Origin: Klebsiella phage NU-KP11
Sequence record: OR644643.1
Reading direction: 5' to 3' (one strand)
Length of the DNA stretch: 64,000 bases
Below are positions 27,162-38,718 of the stretch, piece by piece; within the stretch, counting starts at the first letter, position 1; every line of letters begins with the position of its first letter. Position numbers and translations under genes: made by a program. The notes beneath the pieces were generated by a model. It saw only the letters and a program-made list of their open reading frames with translations, did not search any database and had not been told where the DNA came from.

Positions 27162-27566
27162 TTATAGCCCCAGTGCAGCACGTTTACGCAATGCTTTCTT
27201 GCGCTTACGTTGTGCGCGAGTAGCAATTGACGGGTTAGCACGTTTTGTTTTGAGAGCACGACGCGCGATCTGGCGACGTTGGGATTTGGTTAATCCGGTA
27301 GTCTGATACGCATTACGCTCACGGGTTTTCCTGTCTTTGAGGCGTTCTACGTTGCCACGGGAATCAACATGCTTGACAATTACCTCATCAAGTGTTAAAC
27401 CTTCAACAACCGCCATCATAGCAAGGGCTAAATTTGGTTCGGTGACCGCCAAATTTTCGATGATTTTAACCGTGCCTTCATCGATACCCAGAATATCTAT
27501 ACGGGCTTTCGCTTCGTCTAAATGTTCCTGGAGATCTTCGGCGGTGATTTCGATGTCAAGTTGCAT
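27162..27566 (-). CDS. 68: Prohead core protein gp68
   Basis: Position matches T4 gp68. The basic C-terminus resembles T4 gp68. The track start is GTG. The ATG at 27566 has a GAGGTG RBS. Confidence 0.65.
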   Translation of the reverse strand: MQLDIEITAEDLQEHLDEAKARIDILGIDEGTVKIIENLAVTEPNLALAMMAVVEGLTLDEVIVKHVDSRGNVERLKDRKTRERNAYQTTGLTKSQRRQIARRALKTKRANPSIATRAQRKRKKALRKRAALGL

Positions 27567-27574
27567 TACACACC

Positions 27575-27820
27575 TCACTCATCATCTTTATCGGATTTAT
27601 CATCCTCGGCTGGCTTTTTATCGCCATTTTCGTCATCTTTATCAGCGCCTTCGTCGTCTTTTTCTTTGTCTTCTTCGCCTTCGATGCGTACAGCTTCGGC
27701 AAGTTCAACGCGCAATTCGTGACGAAGCGCTTCTTTGCGGTCTTCCATGATGGAGTAAAAAGTTTTTTTAGCTTCCACCAGATTACCGCTTTTGATTGCT
27801 TCGATAAATTCTTTCATCAA
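27575..27820 (-). CDS. 67: Prohead core protein gp67
   Basis: 81 aa with a highly acidic C-terminus (DKEKDDEGADKDDENGDKK). Size and position match T4 gp67 (80 aa). Confidence 0.7.
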   Translation of the reverse strand: MMKEFIEAIKSGNLVEAKKTFYSIMEDRKEALRHELRVELAEAVRIEGEEDKEKDDEGADKDDENGDKKPAEDDKSDKDDE

Positions 27821-29391
27821 AAGTTTTCCTCTTCCGCTTCTGGATTTTTAAAACGTTCTTCTTTTGATTCTTCTTCTATCTGTTTGGCTTCGCTTTGAAT
27901 TTCCTCATCAGACATCCGGAGAACTTCTTTCATTACGTATTTATGGGAGATATATTTGCCGACCACTCCTTCAAGTTGGCCCATCAGGTTTAAACGGCGT
28001 TCCAAAATCTCAATATCTTTGATTTCGGAATAGTAAGAATCTTGCTGATATACAAAAGCAATCTTACTTACGTTTTCATCCCATTCATCTTCTGTAATGA
28101 TTTTCTTCGCGATCAAGTTAGTTTTTAACGGATCCGCAAGAACAGGGTTGAATTGAATTTGCAATTCGCGAATAAATTTGCTAAAGTTCAATTCGTCGCG
28201 GGTAATACCGCCATCGTTACCCAACTGGATACCGCCATCATCGCGAGGCATACGGCTTAACGGAATACGCAATGCTTCGTACAGCTTACGGTTAAACCAT
28301 TTAACATCGTCGATATCAGAGAAGGCAGTGCCACCAGGAAGCGTTGAAACTTCGGTAACTGCTTTACCATCACGACGCATCAGCCAATAGTCCTCTGTCA
28401 TTGACAGGTTATTTTGCTGATTCTTAACTTTACCAGTGCTCGCGTCATATACAACACGGTTTTTTAAGCCCTGTGCAATGTTATTTACGTACTGTGTAGC
28501 TTTAGGGCCACCCATCTGACCTACGTCGATATAGAACACACGACGTTCAGGCGCACGGGTAATACGGTAAATCACCATAGCATCTTCCAGCAAACGCAAC
28601 TGGTTAGCTGGCTTGACCGCGCGGTGCAGGTAGCCTATAATGTTGTTGTCGCAATCTTCAAGGCCGCTATGAGCGTAAACAATCGCAGAGCGAGGAATTT
28701 TTACCTTGTCATTGTGACTATAAATCTGTCCGTTGTAGCTATAACCGTTTTTCGGTGCGGTGTATACGAAGTATTCACGATAGCCACGGAAAATTTTAAC
28801 CCCACCGGGTAGGGTTTCTGTAACCGATTCTCGGATCAGTTCCATGCAGCGGGGATCTAACTGGCGCAATTCTTTGATGCCGTCAGCTTCATTTTTGTGC
28901 ATGATTTTATGGAAATAGATACGCGAATCAACATACCAATCACGGAATAAACGAGATCCTCGGTTATCGAAATCGTGAATATTCATTACGGTATCGAGTT
29001 CTTCCATGATCTTATCTTGGATATTTTTACTAAAATTCGTTTTAGTGAGATCCATCGTAACAATATCTTTTCCTTGTTCATTAACAATCGCTTCGTTAAT
29101 GATTTCAGAAACAGCGTTTTCCACTTCCGGATATGTCATGATACCACGGTATGTATTTATTAGCTGTGTTTTGTTCTGAATTCGCGGATCCTGTCCGGAA
29201 TAGAACTGTTGGAACACAGAAGAATAACGCTGGTTTGATAAGTCCGTTTCGATTTCGTGCGCCCCATCGTTATTTTTCGGAGGCGCAATCGAACCTGTAT
29301 CATCTTTTAATTGGGCTTCAAATTCCATTTCATCCTGTTTGGCGAAATTTTTGAAAAACCCTAACACATTGTCTAATCCAAAAAAGTTCAT
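27817..29391 (-). CDS. 20: Portal vertex protein gp20
   Basis: 524 aa. Long identical stretches to T4 gp20 (AVVYAHSGL.DC..NIIGYLHRAVKPANQL.LLEDA.VIYRITRAP.RRV, QNNLSMTEDYW..RRDGKAVTEV.TLPG). Confidence 0.97.
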   Translation of the reverse strand: MNFFGLDNVLGFFKNFAKQDEMEFEAQLKDDTGSIAPPKNNDGAHEIETDLSNQRYSSVFQQFYSGQDPRIQNKTQLINTYRGIMTYPEVENAVSEIINEAIVNEQGKDIVTMDLTKTNFSKNIQDKIMEELDTVMNIHDFDNRGSRLFRDWYVDSRIYFHKIMHKNEADGIKELRQLDPRCMELIRESVTETLPGGVKIFRGYREYFVYTAPKNGYSYNGQIYSHNDKVKIPRSAIVYAHSGLEDCDNNIIGYLHRAVKPANQLRLLEDAMVIYRITRAPERRVFYIDVGQMGGPKATQYVNNIAQGLKNRVVYDASTGKVKNQQNNLSMTEDYWLMRRDGKAVTEVSTLPGGTAFSDIDDVKWFNRKLYEALRIPLSRMPRDDGGIQLGNDGGITRDELNFSKFIRELQIQFNPVLADPLKTNLIAKKIITEDEWDENVSKIAFVYQQDSYYSEIKDIEILERRLNLMGQLEGVVGKYISHKYVMKEVLRMSDEEIQSEAKQIEEESKEERFKNPEAEEENF

Positions 29392-29434
29392 TTACAACTC
29401 CGAAAAATAATGATAAGGGGTATTGCTACCCCTG

Positions 29435-29442
29435 TATTTATA
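29435..29442 (-). promoter_or_regulatory. Late promoter TATAAATA (gp20)
   Basis: The motif lies about 44 nt upstream of the gp20 ATG. A hairpin sits within the leader. Confidence 0.55.
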
Positions 29443-29446
29443 GCGT

Positions 29447-29932
29447 TTAAACCCACCAGTCTAGCGCGAAAGTACACTCAAAAGTGCTCACTTCGTTGTT
29501 GCTATCCCAGTCTAAAGTAACCTCACCAACGTTGGTCGGGAACAGGCCATAAATGGTATGTTCGGCGGTTACTTCGTCGTTACGGTTTTTCTGTTTAACC
29601 GTAGCGGTTTTTTTGTAGTTTGCAGGGATATCCCCTGTAATGTCTTCACCCATACCATGCAGCATGTTTGACCATGCTACGATTGCATCACGGGTTGTGT
29701 GTGCATCGTCGTTATATACCGTGATTGTCCAGTCATCATAGGTACGGTCACCAGCAACGTTAATTTTGCGGTTCATGTAACCTACCGGAACTTTTTCAAC
29801 GGTAGACGCTGGCATAGTAGCGGCTTTACATTTTAATTTAAAGTTTTTGCCCAGGTACGGGATCTCTACTTCGAACAGGTTCGGACGTGCGAAATCACCG
29901 GATTCAAAGGCGCGTACAATATCAGTAAGCAT
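29447..29932 (-). CDS. 19: Tail tube protein gp19
   Basis: 161 aa, in the position of T4 gp19. A late promoter at about 29950-29957 immediately follows the gp18 terminator hairpin. Confidence 0.9.
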   Translation of the reverse strand: MLTDIVRAFESGDFARPNLFEVEIPYLGKNFKLKCKAATMPASTVEKVPVGYMNRKINVAGDRTYDDWTITVYNDDAHTTRDAIVAWSNMLHGMGEDITGDIPANYKKTATVKQKNRNDEVTAEHTIYGLFPTNVGEVTLDWDSNNEVSTFECTFALDWWV

Positions 29933-29949
29933 TTTCTAACCTCTATGTG

Positions 29950-29957
29950 TATTTATA
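29950..29957 (-). promoter_or_regulatory. Late promoter TATAAATA (gp19), fused to the gp18 terminator
   Basis: On the minus strand the sequence reads GGGGCTGAAAAGCCCC then TATAAATA, followed about 18 nt later by the gp19 ATG. Confidence 0.6.
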
Positions 29958-29975
29958 GGGGCTTTTCAGCCCCTT
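29958..29975 (-). terminator. gp18 terminator hairpin GGGGCTTTTCAGCCCC
   Basis: A stem-loop immediately 3' of the gp18 stop. It abuts the gp19 late promoter. Confidence 0.5.
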
Positions 29976-29980
29976 ACATG

Positions 29981-31972
29981 TTATACTGACGTTGATCCAA
30001 TCAACTCATCGAAATCCGCACCAGTTGAGGTTGCTACGAAGTTCAGTGTGATGTAGTTGATAGAACGTGCTGGTTTGACGTAGATTGATGCAATAAACTC
30101 ATTGCGGTCAATAACATCCGGCGTGTTGTTCGTAGTGTCACAAACCACACGGTAATCGTATACACCGCCCAGAGCGCGAACGTTAGACATATACTGTCCT
30201 GCATCCATACGGAAGGAAGAACGAGTGAAATCATCGTTATTCTCAAACAGTTTATATTTTGCGTTATCGCCAATGTCTTTCTTGATCATGTTGAACAAGC
30301 GACGAACGTTGATACGGTCAAACGGGCTTGGAACAGTCGTTGCGGTTTTATCACCGTACAGAATGTATCCAGCACCACCAGAGAAACCAGTAACCGCGTT
30401 AATCTGTACCTGGTACATAGAATCGCGATGCGCGTTAGTCGGTTCGATAGCCAGTTTGATGCAGTTACGCAGTTGACCACGGTTGTAGCCAGCCGGAGAC
30501 ATCCACGGTTGCGATACCTGATCGGTATAAACACAGAGGCCAGCCATATCACCCGCGAGCGGGATCCAACGGTTAACATCGTTGTATTTATCATACTGGA
30601 ACTTATAGTTACCGTCGATGAACGCATAACTTGAACTTACGTTCATGTTGTTATCAACTGGGGTAGTATTACCGATTTTGTAGCCTGTACGCCATTCTAC
30701 GAGGTTATCAACGGCCTGAGCCAGTGGGATATTAACCAGAGCAGAACGCGGCGGAGAAACGAATACAACGCAATCTGAACGGGTTTCACCGATAGACACA
30801 GCGTGTTTCTGTACAGTAGACGAAATTTCGGCAGTTTCGCCAGCACAAGCACCCGCAATCAGCAGAGGAACATGCAGAGATTCACGATCTGCGAACATAT
30901 CCCAACCAGCCATGAGTTCATCAGCGCCTACAGTGGAGTTTGCAGAAGTACCGCCGCCCAGTTCCAGAACGCCGGAGAATCCGACAGGCCAGTTTAGGGA
31001 CGTACCATACAGATACTGCGAACCACCGTTTGCAAAGAAATCATCCATGTAGATCGTTGAACCGTAGATATCTTTATCACCCTTAGCGGTTGACACGATA
31101 AACGTTTCTTGGATAATACCACCACGGCGAACGATAAACGCGTATTGGTTATCATTCTGAGGGCCAAAGTTCATCGAACTGCGACCGCTGTTTTTACCAG
31201 ACTTACCAGAAGGATAAGACTTAATGACAGCCGAAGAATCGTATGCAGCTTTAGACAGAATTTCAACCGTTACGGTGCTACCCATTTCGCCAGGATAAAT
31301 TGCAATAACAGACGGTAGCTGGTATTTGGTGCAAAGTTCCTGGAAAGCAGTTGCCTGAATAGTTTCTTTTGCGGTGTCAAGGTTGAGCAGAGTAATACCC
31401 GGATCAACTTCTACGCCGTCGATTGTAATCGTAGCAGAAACACCAGAAGAACTGGAAACGATTTCTGTAGTCCAGCCACTAGATAGATCCGGATATACAC
31501 CAACCTGTTTAGCATGTGCGATGATCTTAGTGCTCGGAATGAACACAGACAGGATTTTACCCTGATCATCAACGCTGGTAACAACACCATCTTCTTCAAT
31601 AACAACGTTATTGTGTTTAACTTTGATCTGATCGTCTACTGCATAGTTAGAACCAGCAGCGGTGATCGTGGTTTTGATCTGATTATAGATCGCGGTTGCG
31701 TTTTTTGCGGCTTCTTTATCGACGACACGAACAACACGCAGATCCTGACCGAACTGTAAAAAGTTTACAGCGTTCATGAAATAATCAGCGGTGTCATTGT
31801 CTGGGGAGCCAAAATAGTTTACCAGTTCGACTTCGTTAGAAATCTGACGGATCTGGTAAGCTGGCCCCCATGAAAATTTACCAACAATAGCAGCACGACC
31901 AGTTGAATTTCGAACAACGGTAGATTGTACCGATGTTTCTTTAGTTTCAATGCCTGGAGAGATTAAAGCCAT
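29981..31972 (-). CDS. 18: Tail sheath protein gp18
   Basis: The true start is MALISPGIETKETSVQSTVV (T4 gp18 starts MTLLSPGIELKETTVQSTVV). The 23-codon upstream extension in the track overlaps gp17 and I rejected it. A terminator hairpin lies downstream at about 29958-29975. Confidence 0.95.
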   Translation of the reverse strand: MALISPGIETKETSVQSTVVRNSTGRAAIVGKFSWGPAYQIRQISNEVELVNYFGSPDNDTADYFMNAVNFLQFGQDLRVVRVVDKEAAKNATAIYNQIKTTITAAGSNYAVDDQIKVKHNNVVIEEDGVVTSVDDQGKILSVFIPSTKIIAHAKQVGVYPDLSSGWTTEIVSSSSGVSATITIDGVEVDPGITLLNLDTAKETIQATAFQELCTKYQLPSVIAIYPGEMGSTVTVEILSKAAYDSSAVIKSYPSGKSGKNSGRSSMNFGPQNDNQYAFIVRRGGIIQETFIVSTAKGDKDIYGSTIYMDDFFANGGSQYLYGTSLNWPVGFSGVLELGGGTSANSTVGADELMAGWDMFADRESLHVPLLIAGACAGETAEISSTVQKHAVSIGETRSDCVVFVSPPRSALVNIPLAQAVDNLVEWRTGYKIGNTTPVDNNMNVSSSYAFIDGNYKFQYDKYNDVNRWIPLAGDMAGLCVYTDQVSQPWMSPAGYNRGQLRNCIKLAIEPTNAHRDSMYQVQINAVTGFSGGAGYILYGDKTATTVPSPFDRINVRRLFNMIKKDIGDNAKYKLFENNDDFTRSSFRMDAGQYMSNVRALGGVYDYRVVCDTTNNTPDVIDRNEFIASIYVKPARSINYITLNFVATSTGADFDELIGSTSV

Positions 31973-31988
31973 TATTAAGTTTCCTCTA

Positions 31989-34328
<2,340 letters not shown>

Positions 34329-34329
<1 letters not shown>

Positions 34330-35153
34330 TATTGGCCCCTCGGTTTAGGAGGTTGATCGCCGCTAGGAATTGGGATATCATTAGCATACGTTTTAATGTA
34401 TTCTTCTCCCGTGTAATCCTGTATAGGCATATCAACCGGATCCACCTGAGCATCAACGGATTCAAAATTGTCTTTGTCCAACGGGTTCATATTGGAAAAG
34501 AAATCCGTGTATACTGTTCTGATCTCGCCTTTAATCTCGTTAACAGGCGGATACAGGTAGCCCTGTAATTCAAACATTAAAGACCATTCAATGTGTCGCC
34601 GTGTCGTTGCATCGCCTTCAAACGATGTATCAGGGGAAACAGATTGCAGAGATATTTTAATATCTCGGTCTATTTTAATGTCGTTTTTATGTAATTCTGT
34701 AATACGACAGTTGAAATGCGGCTGGAAGTATGGCAGTATTTGTTCGATAATCTGAAACACATCATCTTCGTAACGGGTATACACTCCCAGTTCGAACATG
34801 AGACGATACGGAGCAGGGTTAAACTGCGTTACTGTTTTTCCAGGTGCGCGTAACTGCGTCATTTTTTGGTTTACCGCGATCCCCGTTTTACGAATTGCGT
34901 TATACTGCAAATCAACGAGGGATAGATTCATACGTGGTAAAATTGTTTCCGTTTTAGCAACATTTTCCTGACTGTATGCATAGTTCAGCTTGTTCATGGA
35001 TGCCAGGAATTTTTCTTTTGATGCGTAGGTAATCGGAACCTTGATAAATTTTTCTTGTTCGCCGCGAACGCGTTTAACTTGCACGTGATTGAAAAGACAA
35101 CCCATCAAGACAATATAATTTCGCAGCGAACTATTATACCAGTAGCCAAACAT
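34329..35153 (-). CDS. 15: Tail sheath stabiliser / tail completion protein gp15
   Basis: MFGYWYNSSLRNY..LMG.LF..VQ.KR and QIIEQILPYFQPHFN match T4 gp15. Confidence 0.9.
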
Positions 35154-35232
35154 TTTCTTTTTCCTGTATGGGTTAAAGCGGGTATAAGATTTCTCCTATA
35201 CCCTACATGTATAGGGTTTCCCCTGGTTATAT

Positions 35233-35979
35233 TTATGGGAACTGTGCGAACGGTGATCCGCGCCCGTTAACAACATCAAACGATTCAATGAATTCATCAC
35301 CTTCATCTTCAAAGGCTTGATCTTCTTCGTATTGTTCAATATTGGTATCCGCCAACCCATCAAGATTTCGAATAGGTTCGAGATCCAAATCAGCATCGGG
35401 AGCAAGGTTAATCCCTTCATTTCGTTGCAGTTTAGGATCCAATTCTTCGCCAGTATAGATAAATTTAACGAGGTTGATTTTACGTTGAGGACGATCGCCG
35501 AACTGGAAGAACGGGTCAAACTCAATCCATGTAATTTCAAACAGGCTGTTATCCATAGGGAAATAAATCAAATCTCCCAGAACAGGGATCCCGCCATCAG
35601 TTTGATGTGCAAATAAACGAGGATTGATCACAAGTGTCATTTCATCGTTTGACATCATACCGAATTTGCTGTAAAAGTCTCTCTGTCCTTCGTAGTTTGC
35701 ATACGAATCGATGTATGCTGCAATTTTCCACGATTTTGTAAACTTTGATTCACGGTCTTCACCCAAAATTTTATCAATATTAACAAATTCTCGACGGACG
35801 TAATACATATCCGGAGATTTCATTTGAATTGCTTCGGCTGTTAGTGAATCATGTAACTGTTGAGTAGGGTTATACTTGTACCAGTTAACATACGGGTTTG
35901 TTACTTCTTGTCTTAGGTTCCGATCGACGCCGGAACCATCTTCTAACTGTGCAAACAGACTTTCATCCCAATTTTGCAT
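35233..35979 (-). CDS. 14: Neck protein gp14
   Basis: 248 aa, in the position of T4 gp14. Confidence 0.8.
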   Translation of the reverse strand: MQNWDESLFAQLEDGSGVDRNLRQEVTNPYVNWYKYNPTQQLHDSLTAEAIQMKSPDMYYVRREFVNIDKILGEDRESKFTKSWKIAAYIDSYANYEGQRDFYSKFGMMSNDEMTLVINPRLFAHQTDGGIPVLGDLIYFPMDNSLFEITWIEFDPFFQFGDRPQRKINLVKFIYTGEELDPKLQRNEGINLAPDADLDLEPIRNLDGLADTNIEQYEEDQAFEDEGDEFIESFDVVNGRGSPFAQFP

Positions 35980-35988
35980 TTTTCCTCC

Positions 35989-36915
35989 TTACATCATCAA
36001 CACTGGAAGTGCATCAGACAGTAATAGAAGTTCTTGACGGAGGTTTTCTTTTTCTTGCATAGCTTCCTGTATCAGTCGGGTTCCATCCGGAGCAACACCG
36101 CCAGGCAATTGCATACCCTGAAACTTAGCCAGCACCTGACCGTTTACCTCTTTAACAAGAGCAGTTGCGTAATCTTTCACCCAACGGTTGTTATACGCAG
36201 AGGATGAACCCTGAACGCTTGTACCTTGACCAGCCTTCACACCGCCTGAGACGGCTTTGTAGGGGTTATTGTATATATCTGCTATAGTTGGCTTATCTTC
36301 ACCATCAGAACCCGCTGTAGCGTATCCAGCGACGTTACCGACCATACTGGGTACATCAACAAAGGATCTGATCATTGCTTCGATAACAACAATATCACCA
36401 TCTTTAACAGTTCCGTATACTGCAAACTGTCCTGTGTCGTCGTTATACCAGTAATCCGGAAGCGGAGACAGGAGATCTTGCATTGACCGCTGATAGCTCA
36501 TCATCTGGGTAAAATAGCCCATATCCGCGCCGTATGCGTTCATTCCGTAGGTACGTGATGCACAACCACCACCGCCCAGAGAACCACCAGTAAGGCCCAT
36601 CAGGAAATCAGTAAACCACGGATAAACCGCAGTACCATCCATCGATACAAGGGAACCCATGTTAGTACGCAACACTTTAGTAATTGCGAAAATGTGTTCT
36701 TTACTCAGATCGAAAATATTTTTCGGGTTATCCGGCCCCAGGGTAAGAATGATATACCCTTTGTTAGATCCATTGTAATGATATTCTGCATATAGGTCTA
36801 ATGCTCGTTGAATGCAGTCATAAACCTGATCTGTTGTCACTTCGATTTTGACGATCGGAGCACCTAAGCGGCGCAGAATTTCATCTTTTAATTGTGCTGG
36901 GTTGTTCGTAATCAT
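35989..36915 (-). CDS. 13: Neck protein gp13
   Basis: [27 protein letters not shown] aligns with T4 gp13 ...[38 protein letters not shown] is conserved. The track start at 36927 is TTG. The ATG at 36915 has a GAGGATC RBS. Confidence 0.9.
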   Translation of the reverse strand: [308 protein letters not shown]

Positions 36916-36928
36916 AAAGATCCTCAAA

Positions 36929-36953
36929 AGGGGCCGAAGCCCCTTGTTAATCG
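36929..36953 (-). terminator. Hairpin GGGGCCGAAGCCCC between wac and gp13
   Basis: On the minus strand it is followed by TTTTGAGGATC, which contains the gp13 RBS. Confidence 0.5.
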
Positions 36954-38705
36954 TTAAGCGACAGTGATCGCCAGTTCATCAGAAACGATGACTTTATGGC
37001 TTGCATCAGTTACCGTTACTTTGTAGGTTCCGGAATCAGAAGGCTGTAGCGAATCAATGGTAAATGTGTTAGCATTAGTACCAACATTTACGCCGTTCTT
37101 CGTCCACTGATAAGACAGCGGAGAAACACCACCAGTCATAGTTACGCTTAGAGACAATGGATCGCCAGTAGTGTATTCAGTATCACCAGTTAGGTTAGTA
37201 CCGAATGACAGAGGCGGGTTTTTGCTCTCATAACGGAGATCAGCGTCAGCTTCTTTGATGTACAGAGCCAGTTTAGCATTCAGATCTTCGATAGTTACTC
37301 GATCTGCAAGTGCTTGTGCAATGTTCAACGCTTCTAAATCCTCAACACGTTTATTAAGGTCGGCAATCAGTGCATAAATGCCCGTTTCGTTACCTTCTGC
37401 GTTATCCCCTACCTGAGTGAACAGGTTGCGGGTTGTCGTTTTCAACCCAGCGCGAGTAACAGGATCGGCACTAACACCATCACCATAGATTTCTTTGTTA
37501 ATCTGCTGGCTAGTTGCAACGAGGCCACTAGAAGAGTTACCTACAACGCCTTGCAGTTCCCAGAGTGCGCTAGTGTTGGTGCGTAATTCACCCTCAACAA
37601 CACTCAAACGGCCTTTGATGCTGGTAGGATCTGAATCTTCGCCAATGTCACCAGTTAAGATCGCAACTTGTCCCTGCAATCCTTCATCACCGGATTCGCC
37701 TAGAATCATTTCCATATCCATCAATCTGCGTTTGTTTTCCGCAATATCATAACGGATACTACCCTGAACAGAAACCGTACCAATTTGACCGTTAATGGTT
37801 GCAATTTGTGCAGTGATACCAGTTACCGGATCGTTGATTTGTGTAGCCAGAGAACTAACGGAGTTTTCCAGACTGTTCACACGATCGTTAATGGAACTGG
37901 TTGAACCTGACGTGCGACCTATATAACTATTAATCGCATCAAGTTCATTTTGCATTACAATAGAACCATCCTCAAGGATCTTGATTCGCGCATAGATTGA
38001 TCGGGTTGTGGCAAGACCAGAATCACCCATTTCAGCACGAAGTTCTTTTACCTCTTCTGTCAGTTGTCCTACTTCGGAAAGCGCCCAATCATCTTCCAGT
38101 TTGGTTATGCGAGTTTCCTGCATAGAAATAGCACGTTGGTTACTCAGTACGCGGTATTTAAGGCCAGTACCAGTAGAAGAGGGGTCAACATCACCATCAA
38201 CGTTAAATCCAGGATATGAACCAACTTCTTTCTTAATGTAAATGATATCATTACGAATTGTGCGGTGTTTAGGATCCTTTTCTGGATCGTATTCACCAAT
38301 TTCATCGTTTTGAGCATTTACAGAAAGGGTTAACTGTGCTACCTTGTTCTGTGTTTGGGTGTTAGATAAAGTTAATGCCTGAACATCCTGATCCAACTGG
38401 TTAACTTTTTTGATTACGCTTTCATCACCAATAGCATCAATGTTTTCAGTAATCAAGTTAACCTGATCGATTACTTCGTTGATTTTATCATTATGGGTGA
38501 TGGTATTTTGTTCTAACTGAACCGCGTTCTGCTGGATGCTTACACCAGTTCGGTTAAGACTGCCAGTGTTTGACATTTTATCTGGCGAACCGTCCAGAGT
38601 TTCACCGTTTTTGATCCAAATAATCTTCGTTTGAGTCGTGGCGTCATCTGGGACGCCATCAACAAACGGGATCTTCGGCAACGGGTTTAATTTGTCGATG
38701 ATCAT
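36954..38705 (-). CDS. wac: Fibritin (whisker antigen control, wac) with a C-terminal Ig-like domain
   Basis: The N-terminus PFVDGVPDD....KIIWIKNGETL matches T4 fibritin LPFVDGPPAEGQSRISWIKNGEEIL. A long coiled-coil follows. The C-terminal roughly 90 aa (LSVTMTGGVSPLSYQWTKNGVNVG...DSGTYKVTVTD) is a Hoc-type Ig domain in place of a recognisable foldon. Confidence 0.85.
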   Translation of the reverse strand: MIIDKLNPLPKIPFVDGVPDDATTQTKIIWIKNGETLDGSPDKMSNTGSLNRTGVSIQQNAVQLEQNTITHNDKINEVIDQVNLITENIDAIGDESVIKKVNQLDQDVQALTLSNTQTQNKVAQLTLSVNAQNDEIGEYDPEKDPKHRTIRNDIIYIKKEVGSYPGFNVDGDVDPSSTGTGLKYRVLSNQRAISMQETRITKLEDDWALSEVGQLTEEVKELRAEMGDSGLATTRSIYARIKILEDGSIVMQNELDAINSYIGRTSGSTSSINDRVNSLENSVSSLATQINDPVTGITAQIATINGQIGTVSVQGSIRYDIAENKRRLMDMEMILGESGDEGLQGQVAILTGDIGEDSDPTSIKGRLSVVEGELRTNTSALWELQGVVGNSSSGLVATSQQINKEIYGDGVSADPVTRAGLKTTTRNLFTQVGDNAEGNETGIYALIADLNKRVEDLEALNIAQALADRVTIEDLNAKLALYIKEADADLRYESKNPPLSFGTNLTGDTEYTTGDPLSLSVTMTGGVSPLSYQWTKNGVNVGTNANTFTIDSLQPSDSGTYKVTVTDASHKVIVSDELAITVA

Positions 38706-38718
38706 TTAATAACCTCTG

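Noticed and set aside
27159-27166. TATAAATA directly abutting the gp21 ATG (read as TATAAATATG on the minus strand)
   Set aside because: It is too close to the start codon to serve as the gp21 late promoter. It is probably a fortuitous match or serves only internal transcription.
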